DNA from: Octopus bimaculoides
Lineage: Eukaryota
Assembly (NCBI RefSeq): GCF_001194135.2
Contig: NC_068990.1
Span: 45,591,628 to 45,655,627, forward strand
Direction: 5' to 3'
Length of the DNA: 64,000 nt
The notes beneath the pieces are model-generated. The model had not been told where the DNA came from. It worked only from the letters and a program-made list of their open reading frames with translations, and made no database searches. Positions 10,848-22,949 of the stretch are shown here, one piece after another. Both the position numbers and the translations under genes were made by a program. Position 1 is the first letter of the stretch. Every line of letters begins with the position of its first letter.

Positions 10848-12064
10848 TTCTTCTTCTTCTTCTTCTTCTTCTTCTTCTTCTTCTTCTTCTTCTTCTTCTT
10901 CTTCTTCTTCTTCTTCTTCTTCTTCTTCTGTCCGTTGGTGCCTTTGAGCGGCACATCGGGCAGTCACTGCTCGCCATTTATGCTTCTTCCTAGGTGATGT
11001 TCAGTCTGCATAGGTCATCTTTGAAGGTACTACGCCATGTCTTCCTTGGTCGGCCTCTTTTGGCAAACCTCTCCTCTAGCAATTTTAGTATGTGTCCAGC
11101 CATCCTCATTTGACGAATGGAGATTTGAGCAACAGTCAAAACTTGAGGGGAGTAACACTGTTGTCAAAGCCGGGTAAAGTGCTGTACTCAATCACAGTGT
11201 TGCTGTTCCGGTTGGAGTTTGTACTTGATGTAAAACTGAGAGAACAACAAGCAGATTGCGCTGCGAGCAAATAATTACACCGTGCAACATCGTAGAACAA
11301 TGCATGGAACACCAAAGACCACTAATAATAAACTTCATTGACTTCAAAAAGGCGTTTGATAGTGTGCATAGACAGACCCTCTGGAAGACTGCAAAAGTTC
11401 ATGAAATACCAGACGATTACATCAGTCTGCTTAGCAGTTTCTACAACTCAAACTGCTGTATTAGAACAGAGTATGGATACACTGGTTTTCTTAAGATCGT
11501 CACCGGAGTAAGACAAGGCTGTCTCCTGTCACCAATGTTGTTTCTGATGGTCATCGATTTTGTTATGCGTAGATCAATGGTGCGACTGGCTGTATGCATA
11601 CCAAGGATGACAAGGGATCAGCTAACAGACTTGGATTTTGCCTGTTGGTTGAAAATCGCCAACAGGTAGAAAGTGTACCAGTGAAAGTTGGACAAAAAAC
11701 AGTTGAAGAAGTTACAAGCTTAACATATCTGGGAAGCATAGTAACAAGCAACGGTGATGCAGAGACAGATGTAAGCTGCAGAATTGGTAAGGCAGCGGCA
11801 GTATTTAGAAGACTAACAAAACTTCGGTGAAGCAATAACATAAGTATAGAGCTGAAGATTCTTCTGTACAAAACAACAATACTGCCAATAGCGATCCATA
11901 CAGCTGAGACCTGGAAGATGACAGCAAAAATCGCCCGCCATCTCGACGTATTTCATCAGCGGTGCCTCAGAAAGATCCAAAGAATGACTTATCGAGACAC
12001 AGTGATAAATGAAGCCATTCTCCAAGCAACAAGAATAAGGCCCCTGCATGCAATTGTAACCGAA
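10848..12064 (-). mobile_element. 5'-inverted RTE-clade LINE insertion with (GAA)n tail
   Basis: 10848-10929 is (TTC)n, the tail. 11115 to 10930 on the minus strand reads RQMRMAGHILKL...RGRPRKTWRSTFKDDL. 11116-12064 on the plus strand is RT: GDLSN..NLRGVTLLS, INFIDFKKAFDSV, GVRQGCLLSPMLF, LTDLDFA, ending AIVTE. Confidence 0.9.
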
Positions 12065-12065
12065 T

Positions 12066-12290
12066 CATACATACATACATACATACATACATACATACAT
12101 ACATACATACATGGTAATTGTTCTATCTTTGCAGATGATTGCCGTGTCCCTGTACTTCTTCATTGTCAAGGCCATTCTTACTTCCCATGCATGAGCTCTC
12201 GGATGGCTATTCAATCCCGTTGCAGATCTGCATGGTTAGAAGCATAGGTGACTGACAGAAGTTGCATCTTACTGTGCACTCTCAACTGGT
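12066..12290 (-). mobile_element. Short 3' end of a zinc-finger-tailed LINE with (TATG)n tail
   Basis: Minus strand reads ..SHLCF*PCRSATGLNSHPRAH (decayed C2H2) followed by (TATG)n. It aligns with 12603-12765. Confidence 0.6.
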
Positions 12291-12574
12291 TAGGTTTGCA
12301 CACATCGCCACTCTTACACCCCCATAAGACTTTCAGTTGATGAAACGACAAATGAGGTCACCATAAAAAGACATATGTACCTTATAGGATTATAGTGATA
12401 AATACTTGTACAGCACGAATACCACTCCCTGAATATCCGTGTGACAGGCCGAAGTGAAATGACAAGTAACATGTGAAATTGTATGATTTACATAAGAGCG
12501 TCCTTCTAGAACATACATACATACATACACGTACGCGCACGCGCACATACATACACATGTATATATACATACAC

Positions 12575-13080
12575 AAATACAATTATACATACATACATAC
12601 ATACATGGTGATTGCTCTATCCTCACAGATAATTGCCATCTATCTGAGCTTCCTTGTCGTCAATGACATTTCTCAGATTCCGTCGATGACTTCTCAGATA
12701 GGTATTCAGTCCCGCTGCAGATCTGTATGGTTTGAAGCATAGACGACAGACGAAAGTTGCAGCTTTCACTGGATTGATCGGATCACTTTGTGAGATATGA
12801 TCCTGTGAATTGCCATATGTCTCTTTAGGTCATTAATCGACTTGCAAGCCCTTTCACACGCTGTACACGCCGAATCACCCGGTCTAGGAGGAATGACGTT
12901 GCATATTGCTGATCTTTCAATGGGACTTCAGATAGTTGACATACCTAATCCTAGAAAGGAGTACACAGTCACACGTTTTACACATTCAGCACTGTATGTT
13001 CTCATTGAGGTTCTGATGACAGACCCTCCAGTGCTTTAGGCTTTCGTGCTTATGGCACCTTCTGCAATAGTTTTACAATT
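12575..13080 (-). mobile_element. 3' end of an RTE-like LINE with two C-terminal C2H2 zinc fingers and (TATG)n tail
   Basis: CTACERACKSINDLKRHMAIH (12805-12867), then FVCRLCFKPYRSAAGLNTYLRSH (about 12690-12760), a stop and the (TATG)n tail. Confidence 0.65.
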
Positions 13081-13090
13081 TTCTATCATA

Positions 13091-13215
<125 letters not shown>

Positions 13216-14293
13216 ACAGACACACATATGTACATACACGCATACGTAGAAAAAAGAAAGGAAGAACCGATTTAAGGACGAAACGCTTAACTGTGTAGAA
13301 TAGTACGAGACGTTTGGCGTTTGCCGTTGTTTCCGGTATTCAAATGCGCTGATATTATTTGTTTAAAATGTAACACACGATGAATGAATGAACGAATCAT
13401 CGATTATCAGCGATCAATAATTCGATCTTGCTTTTCAAGTAGACCCCATTTCAATAAGGTAGATTATTTGAAAAACCCATGTCACATTACGTTAATGGAG
13501 AGACTTATAAATCTGTTTTAAACAAAGACACGCAAAACCACTTCTTATAATAAAGAGTCCAAGAAGTTTCTACACAGCACAGAAACCATATTTCAGTGCA
13601 AACATCACTTCAGGATTTTATACGTATTTACTTTCTCCTAGAAGAAAGTTCTAACGAGAACTAACGGTTCTTCACCCCCAGTTGTCAATACACCTGCTAA
13701 CACATAGCTAGGGCTCTGACAGGTTAGAGTACATCTATGAACAATAGTAGTTAAAAGGTGATTTCACACTCCTTAAAACCCTAAAATTTCCGAACTACTA
13801 CCGTACTACTACCGTACTACTACCGTACTACTGGATGCATTTTAAAGCCAATCCCAGGACATACATATATACTTATATACATGTACACACACATGTATTT
13901 ATATAAGATATATATAAATATATATAACACAGGATCCAAGTAGGATTACGAATAAAAGAGGAGACAACAAAACAAATAGCACACGGAATCAGACTGAAAA
14001 AAGCGTGGAAACATAAAGCGAAGAACAAGAACAATCAAAGAAGTGTACAACAAAAATAAATGCATCAACGAATGAAGCAGCATAGAATCTAAAAGTTTTG
14101 AGTGATACCAATAATTAAAAAGAAAAAATACAAGAAAGGCTAAAAAAGAGAAAATTTAATCAATACAGAATTGAAGACGTGTATTTTTGTCTCTCTAGTT
14201 TGAGGTAATATATACATATATACATGCATACTATATATATGTTTATACATAAATATATATAATCTTTTTGCCAAAGAAGAAACTATCCTAAAG

Positions 14294-15079
14294 ATGTTCA
14301 AGTGTTTTAAGATAACCTGCATAGTAGCAAATGTAATCTCGGTGTATTTTGCACTAATGTTAGTTGTTGTAGGCATTGCTATATATATCACCAACTTTCC
14401 AGTTACTCGCTTACAGTCAATACTCACAGAGACGTATGTATCAGTACACCTGAACATTGAAGCGATACAGAGTTACCTTACGTTGGTGATATTTCTTATA
14501 ACATTTGTAATAAGTGTCATAGGTATTACAGGATGTATGAAAACAAGTTTAGTTTTATTAAAATGGGAATTGGTCTTAAGTTGTTTGATGTTCATTTGTG
14601 ATTCTGGCTTTTTGGCATTTGCAAATTTATATTTCTATAACAGATTATCTGATATATCAGATCAATGGATAGAAAAGTTATCAATGACATTATTTAGCCT
14701 CCCAAATACCACAGATGACTTTTTGCAAGTGATGGCGGATATTGAAAGCACCCTACTGTGTTGCGGAGTAACGAACTCATTTGATTATGAATTTTATGCA
14801 GATTTTTTTGGTGAAGATCTTTACCCAAAGTCGTGTTGCTATGATCCTACTCACCTCTCATATGACTGTTCTTCTAAACACCCTCCAAGATCCCGCCCTG
14901 GTTGTTATGAAGTTTTTTCAAAACTCAAAAAAAACCAGGTGACATTGCTCATAGAGATAATTTTGGCCCTGATTTCTTTACAAGTAATCATAATACTTTG
15001 TACTTTTAAGATTGTTAAGGATATCAAAGCGAATATGGGCATAAGGGAATGCTCTACATCAACTTACTGCATCGACTAA
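14294..15079 (+). CDS. Intronless tetraspanin, 261 aa
   Basis: Single uninterrupted ORF with four hydrophobic segments. The large extracellular loop has the tetraspanin signature LCCG, PKSCC, a DC and a membrane-proximal GC (6 Cys), plus an NTT sequon. Polar N/E/D/Q residues lie inside the TM segments and the cytoplasmic tails are short. I do not recognise a specific subfamily. Confidence 0.93.
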   Translation: MFKCFKITCIVANVISVYFALMLVVVGIAIYITNFPVTRLQSILTETYVSVHLNIEAIQSYLTLVIFLITFVISVIGITGCMKTSLVLLKWELVLSCLMFICDSGFLAFANLYFYNRLSDISDQWIEKLSMTLFSLPNTTDDFLQVMADIESTLLCCGVTNSFDYEFYADFFGEDLYPKSCCYDPTHLSYDCSSKHPPRSRPGCYEVFSKLKKNQVTLLIEIILALISLQVIIILCTFKIVKDIKANMGIRECSTSTYCID

Positions 15080-15110
15080 GTCAAATGAAAAGTTATTGAA
15101 AATGTTTTCA

Positions 15111-15116
15111 AATAAA
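15111..15116 (+). promoter_or_regulatory. Candidate polyadenylation signal of the tetraspanin
   Basis: AATAAA 31 nt after the stop. The same context TTTTCAAATAAATTTATCATTTTAAC is conserved in the pseudogene (7067-7072). Confidence 0.5.
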
Positions 15117-16029
15117 TTTATCATTTTAACAGCAGTGCCCCAACATGGTTTCAATTCTCAAACTGAAGTTAGTAAAAGAATAAAAAAAATTACTGAGAAT
15201 TACGAAATTGTTATAGTCAGTCTGTACATCTAATTACATACAAACATTCTTCAGATCATCATCATCATCATCATCATAATCATTTAATGGTCATATTCCA
15301 TACTGGCTTTGGTTGAACAGTTAAACAGAATTGAACAAGTATGAAGTCTATTTCTTGTATGTCTGCTTTGGCACACTTTCTACAGTTTGATGCCTTTCCT
15401 AACTCCAACTACTTTACTGTGTGTACCATGTGCTATTTTCGGGGGACTAGCATTAGTGAGGTCATCATGCAACCAGCAAAATTTAAGATCCACCTCAACT
15501 GGTGCTAGAGTAGAGAAGCTTTATGCTATGGGATGAGGGTTTAAAGTGAGAGGGAAGGGTCCACAACAGAACAGTTTGTCTTTTCTTTTTGCTGTAGGGG
15601 AGCTACAGAATTAATTACATTACAGAAGAGAGGGTGAGAACAGTTAGGGTGGAACTAGAAAGAGATTAAAATAGTGGTGATAAAGATACCAGGTGAGTTG
15701 AAGTGAGTGGGTAATGGTTGCAAGAGTGAGAGATGATTAGATAGGGAAGAGAGGAGCAGGTGACAATTGTAGAAATTAGGTAAGGTTGATGACACGTGAA
15801 CTAGGAGAGGTAGGAGAAAGGAGGCGGTTGACAGTGCAGAAAAGTCAATGGAGTGGCAGAGTGAAGAGCAGCAGAATAGTAAAAATAATAACAGTACAGT
15901 AGACAAGAGAAGAAAGAGACAGGATTGGCAAAAGGGCAGAGGAGGAGAGACGTGGTTGGGAAGGTTGAAAGAGTGTGGAACAGACATAGGAAATGGAGGA
16001 GGGTGTATGGTGGAAAAGGAGAGATAATT

Positions 16030-17330
16030 TCGTAGCTCAGCAGAAGTCTTGTAATCCTGAACATTTCATGTCTCTGATGCTTATGTTGCAGAACAAGTGC
16101 AAATCTCTTCCTTTCTACCTTACCCTTAGCTACGTATGCCTGTTGCCTAGCAACCTTTTGAGCCACTTGATAATGCTTCCAATGTCTAGGTTTTCCAAGC
16201 TTGTTTCTTAGTCTTTACATCTCTATCACTCCTGTCATTCCACCAGTATGTTACCTTCAATTTGACTCAGCTGGGATTCTGTTCCAACCACATGTCTAAT
16301 CTGTAGCCTTAGGCAGGTTATACCATAGAAATTCCTTGTTGTCATCCATGCTATGAGTATCGATATTTTTCTCCTTGCAATCATATAAATGAACTAATTC
16401 TGACTTATTGTGGGTCAACTATTCTGAGAATCTGCAAGGAAACATGTTAAGATAAGCAGATTTCTAAGGTTTTGTCCCTCTTTTAACTCTTTTTTCATTC
16501 ATTGACTCTATTCTAACATATTCAGTTATAGGTTAAATTCACACTTTATACAATGTTTCTTTCTTTTCCATCCACAGCTTGTGTTACCCTTTCTATTTTC
16601 CATCTCTAGCTTGCATTACCCTTTCTCTCACAAAACTTGGGAGCTCTCTTACCTTTAATGTGCTAACTAAACCTGTACCTACTAGCTATATCAGAACTTT
16701 TTCTCTCTGGGGTTATGGTGGCACATCACAGGCAAGGGAGCTCCCAAATTAGAATTTCTCTAAACCAATTCCCAACTGCAGGATCTTCTAGTTTCCATAT
16801 CTTCCCTTTCCATATAGTCTTCTGTTTCTGTAGAAGGGTCTTATTAAAGCAGTCCCCTTATTAATCTTGCCTAGGCAAAGATAAATGTTTCTGCTGACTT
16901 GCCTATAACTAGTCTCATCTTAATTATCCTATTGCATACTTTATCCATTTCTTTATCTGTCCATTACTTTATCCACTTCTCAGCTAAGAGAATGTTTATC
17001 CCACCCCTGCTGTCACTATAAGTCACCCAGAAGAATTTGTACTGTTTTGTTTTGCATGTGAGGCATTTGTTGAGGATCCTTTCCAAATAAAGTCATAGGG
17101 AGTACATATAACAATGCCATTTTTGCACACAGCACATATGAATTTTTCTCCATTCCAGCATCATCTGTATCTCACCAGATTTACCTTTTATTGTTTTCCC
17201 CATGTTTATAGCTGTAGCTCTAAAAATTTGGAATCTACAGAAAGAGGGGTATATTTTCAGTGGTAATGATGTTTGGTTGGAGATTCATTACAGTCTGATG
17301 GCATCTGTGTCTATGAGGAATAAGAAAAGA
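16030..17330 (-). mobile_element. Degenerate RTE LINE remnant (endonuclease and linker region)
   Basis: GGINILLAEKW...VCNRIIKMRLVI (about 16900-17030) and AQKVARQQAYVAKGKVERKRFALVL...EMFRI (16040-16166). Interrupted by the repeat at 16396-16705. Confidence 0.7.
16396..16705 (+). repeat. Dispersed repeat, inverted partner of 20600-20878
   Basis: CTAATT.TGACTT...CAACTATTCTGAGAATCTG.AAGGAAACATG.TAAGATAAGCAGAT and the following approximately 230 bp match the reverse complement of 20600-20878. Confidence 0.8.
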
Positions 17331-17610
17331 TGAACTTCACCAGAAGCTGATAGATTTACACATGATCACTTTTCTCTTTCATTTAATTTGTTACCATTCG
17401 TTCTTCAACTCCTGCTGCATATGCTGCAATAGGTGCCCTTTAAACTATTATCAATGAATAAATAAGTAAATATATGAATAAATATTCCTAATGTCATTAA
17501 GAATACCATTGTTACGTGTGTTTCCTATGATTTTATTTTAACATCGTTAGGAATATGAGACATTTTTGCACAGTCGTTTTGGCTCTGCCTATTTAATAGT
17601 GTTGTTGATA

Positions 17611-17826
17611 AGGTGATGAGCTGGGAGAATCGTTAGCACACTGGGCGAAATGCTTAGCGGTATTTCATCTGCCGCTATGTTCTTAGTTCAAATTCCACCA
17701 AGGTCGACTTTGTCTTTCATCCTTTTGGGGTTGATAAATTAAGAACTAGTGAAATACTGGGGTCGATGTAATTGACTAGTCCCCTGCCCAAAATTTCAAG
17801 CCTTGTGCCTATAGTAGAAACTATTT
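17611..17826 (+). mobile_element. tRNA-derived SINE (family A), diverged
   Basis: Head GAGCTGG.AGAATCGTTAGCAC...AGTTCAAATTCC (A/B-box-like) and body GGTCGACTTTG.CTTTCATCCTTT.GGGG. The family recurs at 19786-20010, 32450-32680, 40386-40604, 49866-50080, 53690-53800 and 62581-64000. Confidence 0.85.
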
Positions 17827-19079
17827 AACATTGTTGATTTGACATTGAACATATTTGATATCAGATGTTTTGTCCCTGGGACCTTTGGCACTGTGGAAAT
17901 TTTGTTTTTATTGTAGTTGACAACTAACTTATAATCACAACTACTAAACTACTTGATTGCTGAATTTCATTTAGCTTTCTGCTTCATCTTATGTATATGA
18001 TGGTTGTGATGGCTGGTGAAATATTGACAAAACCTGGAAAAGATAAATTTTCTCACAATAGATTTATTTTTTATCTTTGACTTGTTTCAGTCATTGGACT
18101 GCAACTATGCTGGGACCCCATTTTGGAGGGCTTAGTTGAGCAAATTGACTCCAGTACTTATTTTTAAGTCTGGTACTTATTCTGTCTTTCTCTTTTGCCA
18201 AACCACTAAGTTACAGGTTGTAAACAAACAGATACAGGTGGTCAAGCTGTGGTGAAGTAAAAACACAAAGGCACACAAACATATATATGACAGATTTCCA
18301 CATAGTTACCATCTACCAAATTCATTCACAAGGCATTGGTATAATATCCAATGATATGGAAATTAAAAGATGGACTGCATAAAATACAGAAAGGGTGAGA
18401 TGTGTACTTTCAACATTTATTAGTTGGAAATGAACTCCACTCATCACAAAAAAAAAGAAGAAAAAAGAATTAAAACGTATAAAGATGCAGACAAAAAGAG
18501 AAAACTATATATTTCAAATGGGAATTTGGCAGCACTATCTTTAGCTGAACAATTATTCTGTGCTGATGAAGGAAAATAACCTGTGAATCATGATACACAG
18601 ATATTGTTTTGAGCTGTATGGAGGTGCTAGATTCCCTTTTTCGAAAATATAAAGACACAGATCATATCGTATAGCCAGCTGGAGATGATGTCACCAGGGG
18701 CTAAATTACAGCAACATTCGTCCTAAACCAGGACTGCCATGCTATGTTAGCAAACAATCTCTACTACAAAGTACTGTTGCTGAGTATCTCATGTTGTGGG
18801 TTTTAGAAGTAGTAATTTTCTAAAAAGAGAAAATAGATGAAATTCTCATGAATTTCGGAAATATGGATGCTATTGAGTACCCGAGAAGTATTGCTCATAA
18901 TTACCAAATGAAGAAAACTTAGTAAAGTTACCTTCTTCGGTAATTGTTCTGTTTGGTTAGTTTAAAAAAAGAAAATAAAAATTAAAGGGGAGATAAGTAG
19001 TAAAAGATGTTTGGTCATTCTTTACTTTGCAATTGATTGGAATGGCATGTGGAAGACCAGCGGCACCGCAATTCATTGT

Positions 19080-19470
19080 TCCCGAACATGAAATCCTCAG
19101 TCGTGAATCAATCTCATTCAATCAGGAAAAGCTGGAGACAGCATTCTTCAGTGGTTGGCACGGCGTCGACTAATTATGAATATGTAAACCTGTGAAAATT
19201 GTAATTCACCATGTGACCTTTCTACATGTAGTGACGTTAGTGATGGAAAATTATGGCACTGCAAGCGTTGTAAAAGGAGCAAATCTGTTCGTTACTGTTT
19301 ATTTTTTGAGGGAAGTCATATTTCTTTACTCAATATCATTTTAATTTTTTATTGTTGGTCATGAGATATGTCGCAAAATGATATTATGCACGAATCTTCC
19401 GTCAGTAGTCGAACTACAGTCGTGGATTGTTGTAATTTCTGTCAGAAAGTATGTAATGTTTGGCTCCGGC
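19080..19470 (+). mobile_element. Merlin transposase N-terminal remnant
   Basis: ILQWLARRRL, TCENC, DGKLWHCKRCKRSKSVR, FFEGS, RTTVVDCCNFCQKVC: the Zn-ribbon and HTH region of Merlin-type transposases. Confidence 0.7.
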
Positions 19471-19785
19471 GTACTTCCACGAATAAAAAGAACACATTTG
19501 TTCACTTTTTGGCCGCGATCGCCAGTGTTTATGTTGTGTAATAAGTTAAGTTGACTTGTTTATGTTCCTTAGTTATGTACCTTGGCTTCTTTTACTACTT
19601 ATTTCCCCCTTAATTTTTATTTACTGTTTTTCATCTAATCAAACTGAACAATTACCAGTCAGTTATATCGACCTCAATGTTAAACTAACTGATACTTATT
19701 TTATCGATCCCGAAGGGGATGAAGGGCGAAGTCGACCTCAGCGGAATTTGAACTTAGAACGTAAAGTCCAATGAAATACCTATTT

Positions 19786-20010
19786 CTTTACTGCCCACAA
19801 GGGGCTACACACAGAGGGGACAAGCAAGGACAGACAAACGGATTAAGTCGATTATATCGACCCCAGTACGTAACTGGTACTTAATTTATCGACCCCGAAA
19901 GGATGAAAGGCAAAGTCGACCGCGGCGGAATTTGAACTCAGAACGCAGTGGCAGACGAAATACCGTTAAGCATTTCGCCCCAGCGTGCTAACGACTCTGC
20001 CAGCTCGCCA
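19786..20010 (-). mobile_element. tRNA-derived SINE (family A), young CpG-rich copy, preceded by a partial copy at about 19660-19770
   Basis: Near-identical to 32450-32680 (TTTATTGCCCACAAGGGGCTACACACAGAGGGGACAA...GCTAACG..TCTGCCAGCTCGCC). Confidence 0.9.
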
Positions 20011-20889
20011 ATGAAATACCATTAAGCATTTTGCCTGACCAGCTCGCCGACTTAAATAGCTTAGCAATATTCTCGTTTATCATTAATTTGTTTTGTAATG
20101 GGAGATAACTCTAGTTTAACTCTTCCGATCTTATTTCACTTACCATCTCTCACTGATTTTTTTCTTTATGCATATATGAAATAGGAGTACGTTTGAAACA
20201 ACCAGAGTAATTTAATACATTTAATTTTTCTTTCTATGTATGTGTATAAGACGGGAAGAGTTTATACAGTTTGGGTTCAACTAATTCATTGTAATCTCTC
20301 TTCAGTCTATCTCTTTGTCTGTCTGCCTGCCTGTCTGTATATTTCCAAGTGAGTGCATGCTTGAGTTTGCCTTCAATGCCAAAATGTACTGTTGAGCCTT
20401 TTCTAAAACATGTTCAACGTCCAATCAGCCTGGCCAAATCAGTAGTTTCCAAAAAGCTGCTTCCAATCATCTCCTTCCACATCATTGGTGGGTTCTAGGT
20501 GTAGAGGTAGGTCTGTTTGGTATGTGAAATGCATGAGTTATGAGAAGAATACAGTCACAGAGAGAGGGAAGTTGGGGCATTTTACTGATCAGGGAAGAAA
20601 AGCAAGTGAGAGAGTTTCGATATAGCTAGTGGGTACGGGTTTGGTTGGCACATTAAAGGCAAGAGAACTCCCAAGTTTTATGAGAGAACATAAGCTAGAG
20701 ATGGATAAGAAAGAAACATTGCTTAAAGTGTGAATTTAACCTATATCTATATAGATTAGAATAGAGTCAATGAATGTGGAAAGAATTAGAAGTGGGACAA
20801 AAAATTAGAGATCTGCTTATCTTAGCATGTTTCCTTTCAGATTCTCAGAATAGTTGTCCCAATACAAGTCAAAATTAGGGTAGACCCTC

Positions 20890-21177
20890 TTTGATCATGG
20901 ATGACCGAGGCACAAGTCCAGGTAAGATTGTTTATAGGACACCAGCATACCAGTCTCCCTTCTCCACGCCACTGATGTTATCCAAGGGAAAAGCAAAGAC
21001 CAATATAGCTTGACACCAGTGATGTTGCAACTCATTTCTACAATTGAGTGAACTGGAACAATGTGAAATAAAGTGTCTTGCTCAAGAACACAACGCACAG
21101 CCTGGTTCAGGAATCAAACTGACTACCTCATGATTGTAAGCCCAATGCTCTCACCACTGAGCCATGTGCCTTCACAA
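20890..21177 (-). mobile_element. tRNA-derived SINE (family C)
   Basis: Contains AAGTGTCTTGCTCAAGAACACAAC...AATCAAACT...CCACTGAGCCATGTGCCTTCAC. Decayed copies are at about 28150-28285 and about 44500-44625. Confidence 0.75.
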
Positions 21178-21477
21178 GTTGGTATTAGTTCATTTATTAT
21201 TTTTTTTTTTTAATCTTTCCAAATCTTTTAGTATCCCATATTTTAAAACATAGAAGTGAAACCTTTGAAAAAAAGAACAATTTAAAAATCTGTGTTTTTC
21301 ATATGTCTCTCCCCAACTTTCATTGAGCCTTTTGCATTAGCAGACACTAAATTGATTTTTTTTTTTTTGCATTTTTGCTATTTTTCATTTTATAGTATGC
21401 TACATTTTGAAATGCTTGTAATCTGCATTTTGAGAGGAAAAATTTTGTAACTCTCCACCCACTTTTCATTTGGCTGT

Positions 21478-22820
21478 GAATCATAGGCTGGGACCCTAGA
21501 CTGTGACTCAAACTGACTATCTAAATTGAGTCATATGCTGGAGACATGAGACAGACAATAACTCATGGACCTAGACAGGGACTAAGACTTATAAATTGGT
21601 GTCTTTGATCATGATTCAAAGGCTAAGATCCTATACTATGACTCAGTTTGAGGCCCAAGACTGTGATTCATAGGCTGGGATCCTTGCCCATGACTAATAG
21701 GCTGAGGCCTTAGACCATAAGTTATATGGCTGAGAGTTCGATCATGGATTATAAACTCTGTAATAAGACCATGAGTCATAGGCTGGGGCCTGAGTCTGTG
21801 ACTTAGATCGGTGTCCTAGAATATGACTTATAGGCAGGAGCCCTAGACTCTGACTCATAGGCTGGAGCCTTAGTCTCATAGTGTAGATCCTCAATATTTG
21901 ATTTGTTGGCTGGGGTCTTAGACTGTGACTCATACTTGGCGTCTTAGCATAAGGTATACATGCTGAGACTCGAGACCATATATTATAAGCCAACTCTTAG
22001 GCTGGGGCACCAGACTGTCTCAGAGACTGGAGCCCTTGACTGACTCATGGACTGGGTCCCTTAAATGTGATGCATAGGCTAGAGCCCTAGACTATGAATC
22101 ATAGGTTGAAACAATATGATTAATAGGACCTAAGACAGTTGCTCATAGATTGGGAGCCTTGAATGTGACTCGGCTGGGATTTTTGACTGTGGCCCTTGAC
22201 TATGACTCATAGGCTAGAACCTAGACCTTGACACAGGTTGGGGACCATAACCATTATTCCCAAGCTGAACAACTAGACTGTGATGCATAGGTTGGGTTCC
22301 TAGAATGTGACTCAGTCCTTAGACTGTGCTTCATAGTGTGTGGACTTTGATTTTCTGGAGCACTAAACTGTAACTCATTCTGATTCCATTGTCTGTGACT
22401 CATATACTGGGGCCCTAGATCATGACTCATAAAACAGGACCTTAGACTGTGATTGATAGGATGGGGATTTTGATTGAGATCCCTAAATTGGGGACAAACT
22501 GGGATTCATAGGCTAGGGACCATGACTCATAGGGTATGGCCATGGACCATAACTCATAGGCTGGTGCCTAAACTGTAACTCATATGCTGGGTCCTTAGAC
22601 TGACACATAAGCTGGAGCTATAGGCTGTGACATAGCAAGGACCCAAGACTGTGACTCATACACAGACCCTAAACTGTAATTCATTTGCTGGTTCCTAGAC
22701 TGTGACGCATAACCTGGGGTAATAGACCATGATTCATAGACTGGGGCTCTATACTTTGACTGTTAATGTGAAACTTTAATCCAGGACTCACAGGCTGGAA
22801 TTTTAGACCATGACACAGGC
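21478..22820. repeat. Degenerate minisatellite, unit about 28-30 bp (consensus-like GACTGTGACTCATAGGCTGGGGCCCTAG)
   Basis: Dozens of decayed copies of TGTGACTCATAGGCTGG...CCTAGAC in a single orientation over about 1.35 kb. Confidence 0.9.
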
Positions 22821-22949
22821 TTTAGCATGTTTATCTACATGTATATACAAGATGCTAGGGATACTTGATAGTTTGCTACTCTCTTCAGATCAGTTAAAAG
22901 GTTTTTATTTCTTTCAGATCCCCAATGACAAATAAAATTCTAGGAAAAG

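Noticed and set aside
17611-17720. tRNA-like A/B boxes
   Set aside because: These are heads of tRNA-derived SINEs with no complete cloverleaf or anticodon arm, so they are not called as tRNA genes.
21478-22820. Repeat array considered as a CRISPR or as a repetitive protein gene
   Set aside because: There is no constant repeat with unique spacers and the context is eukaryotic. Reading frames are repeatedly broken and no splice-supported exon was found.
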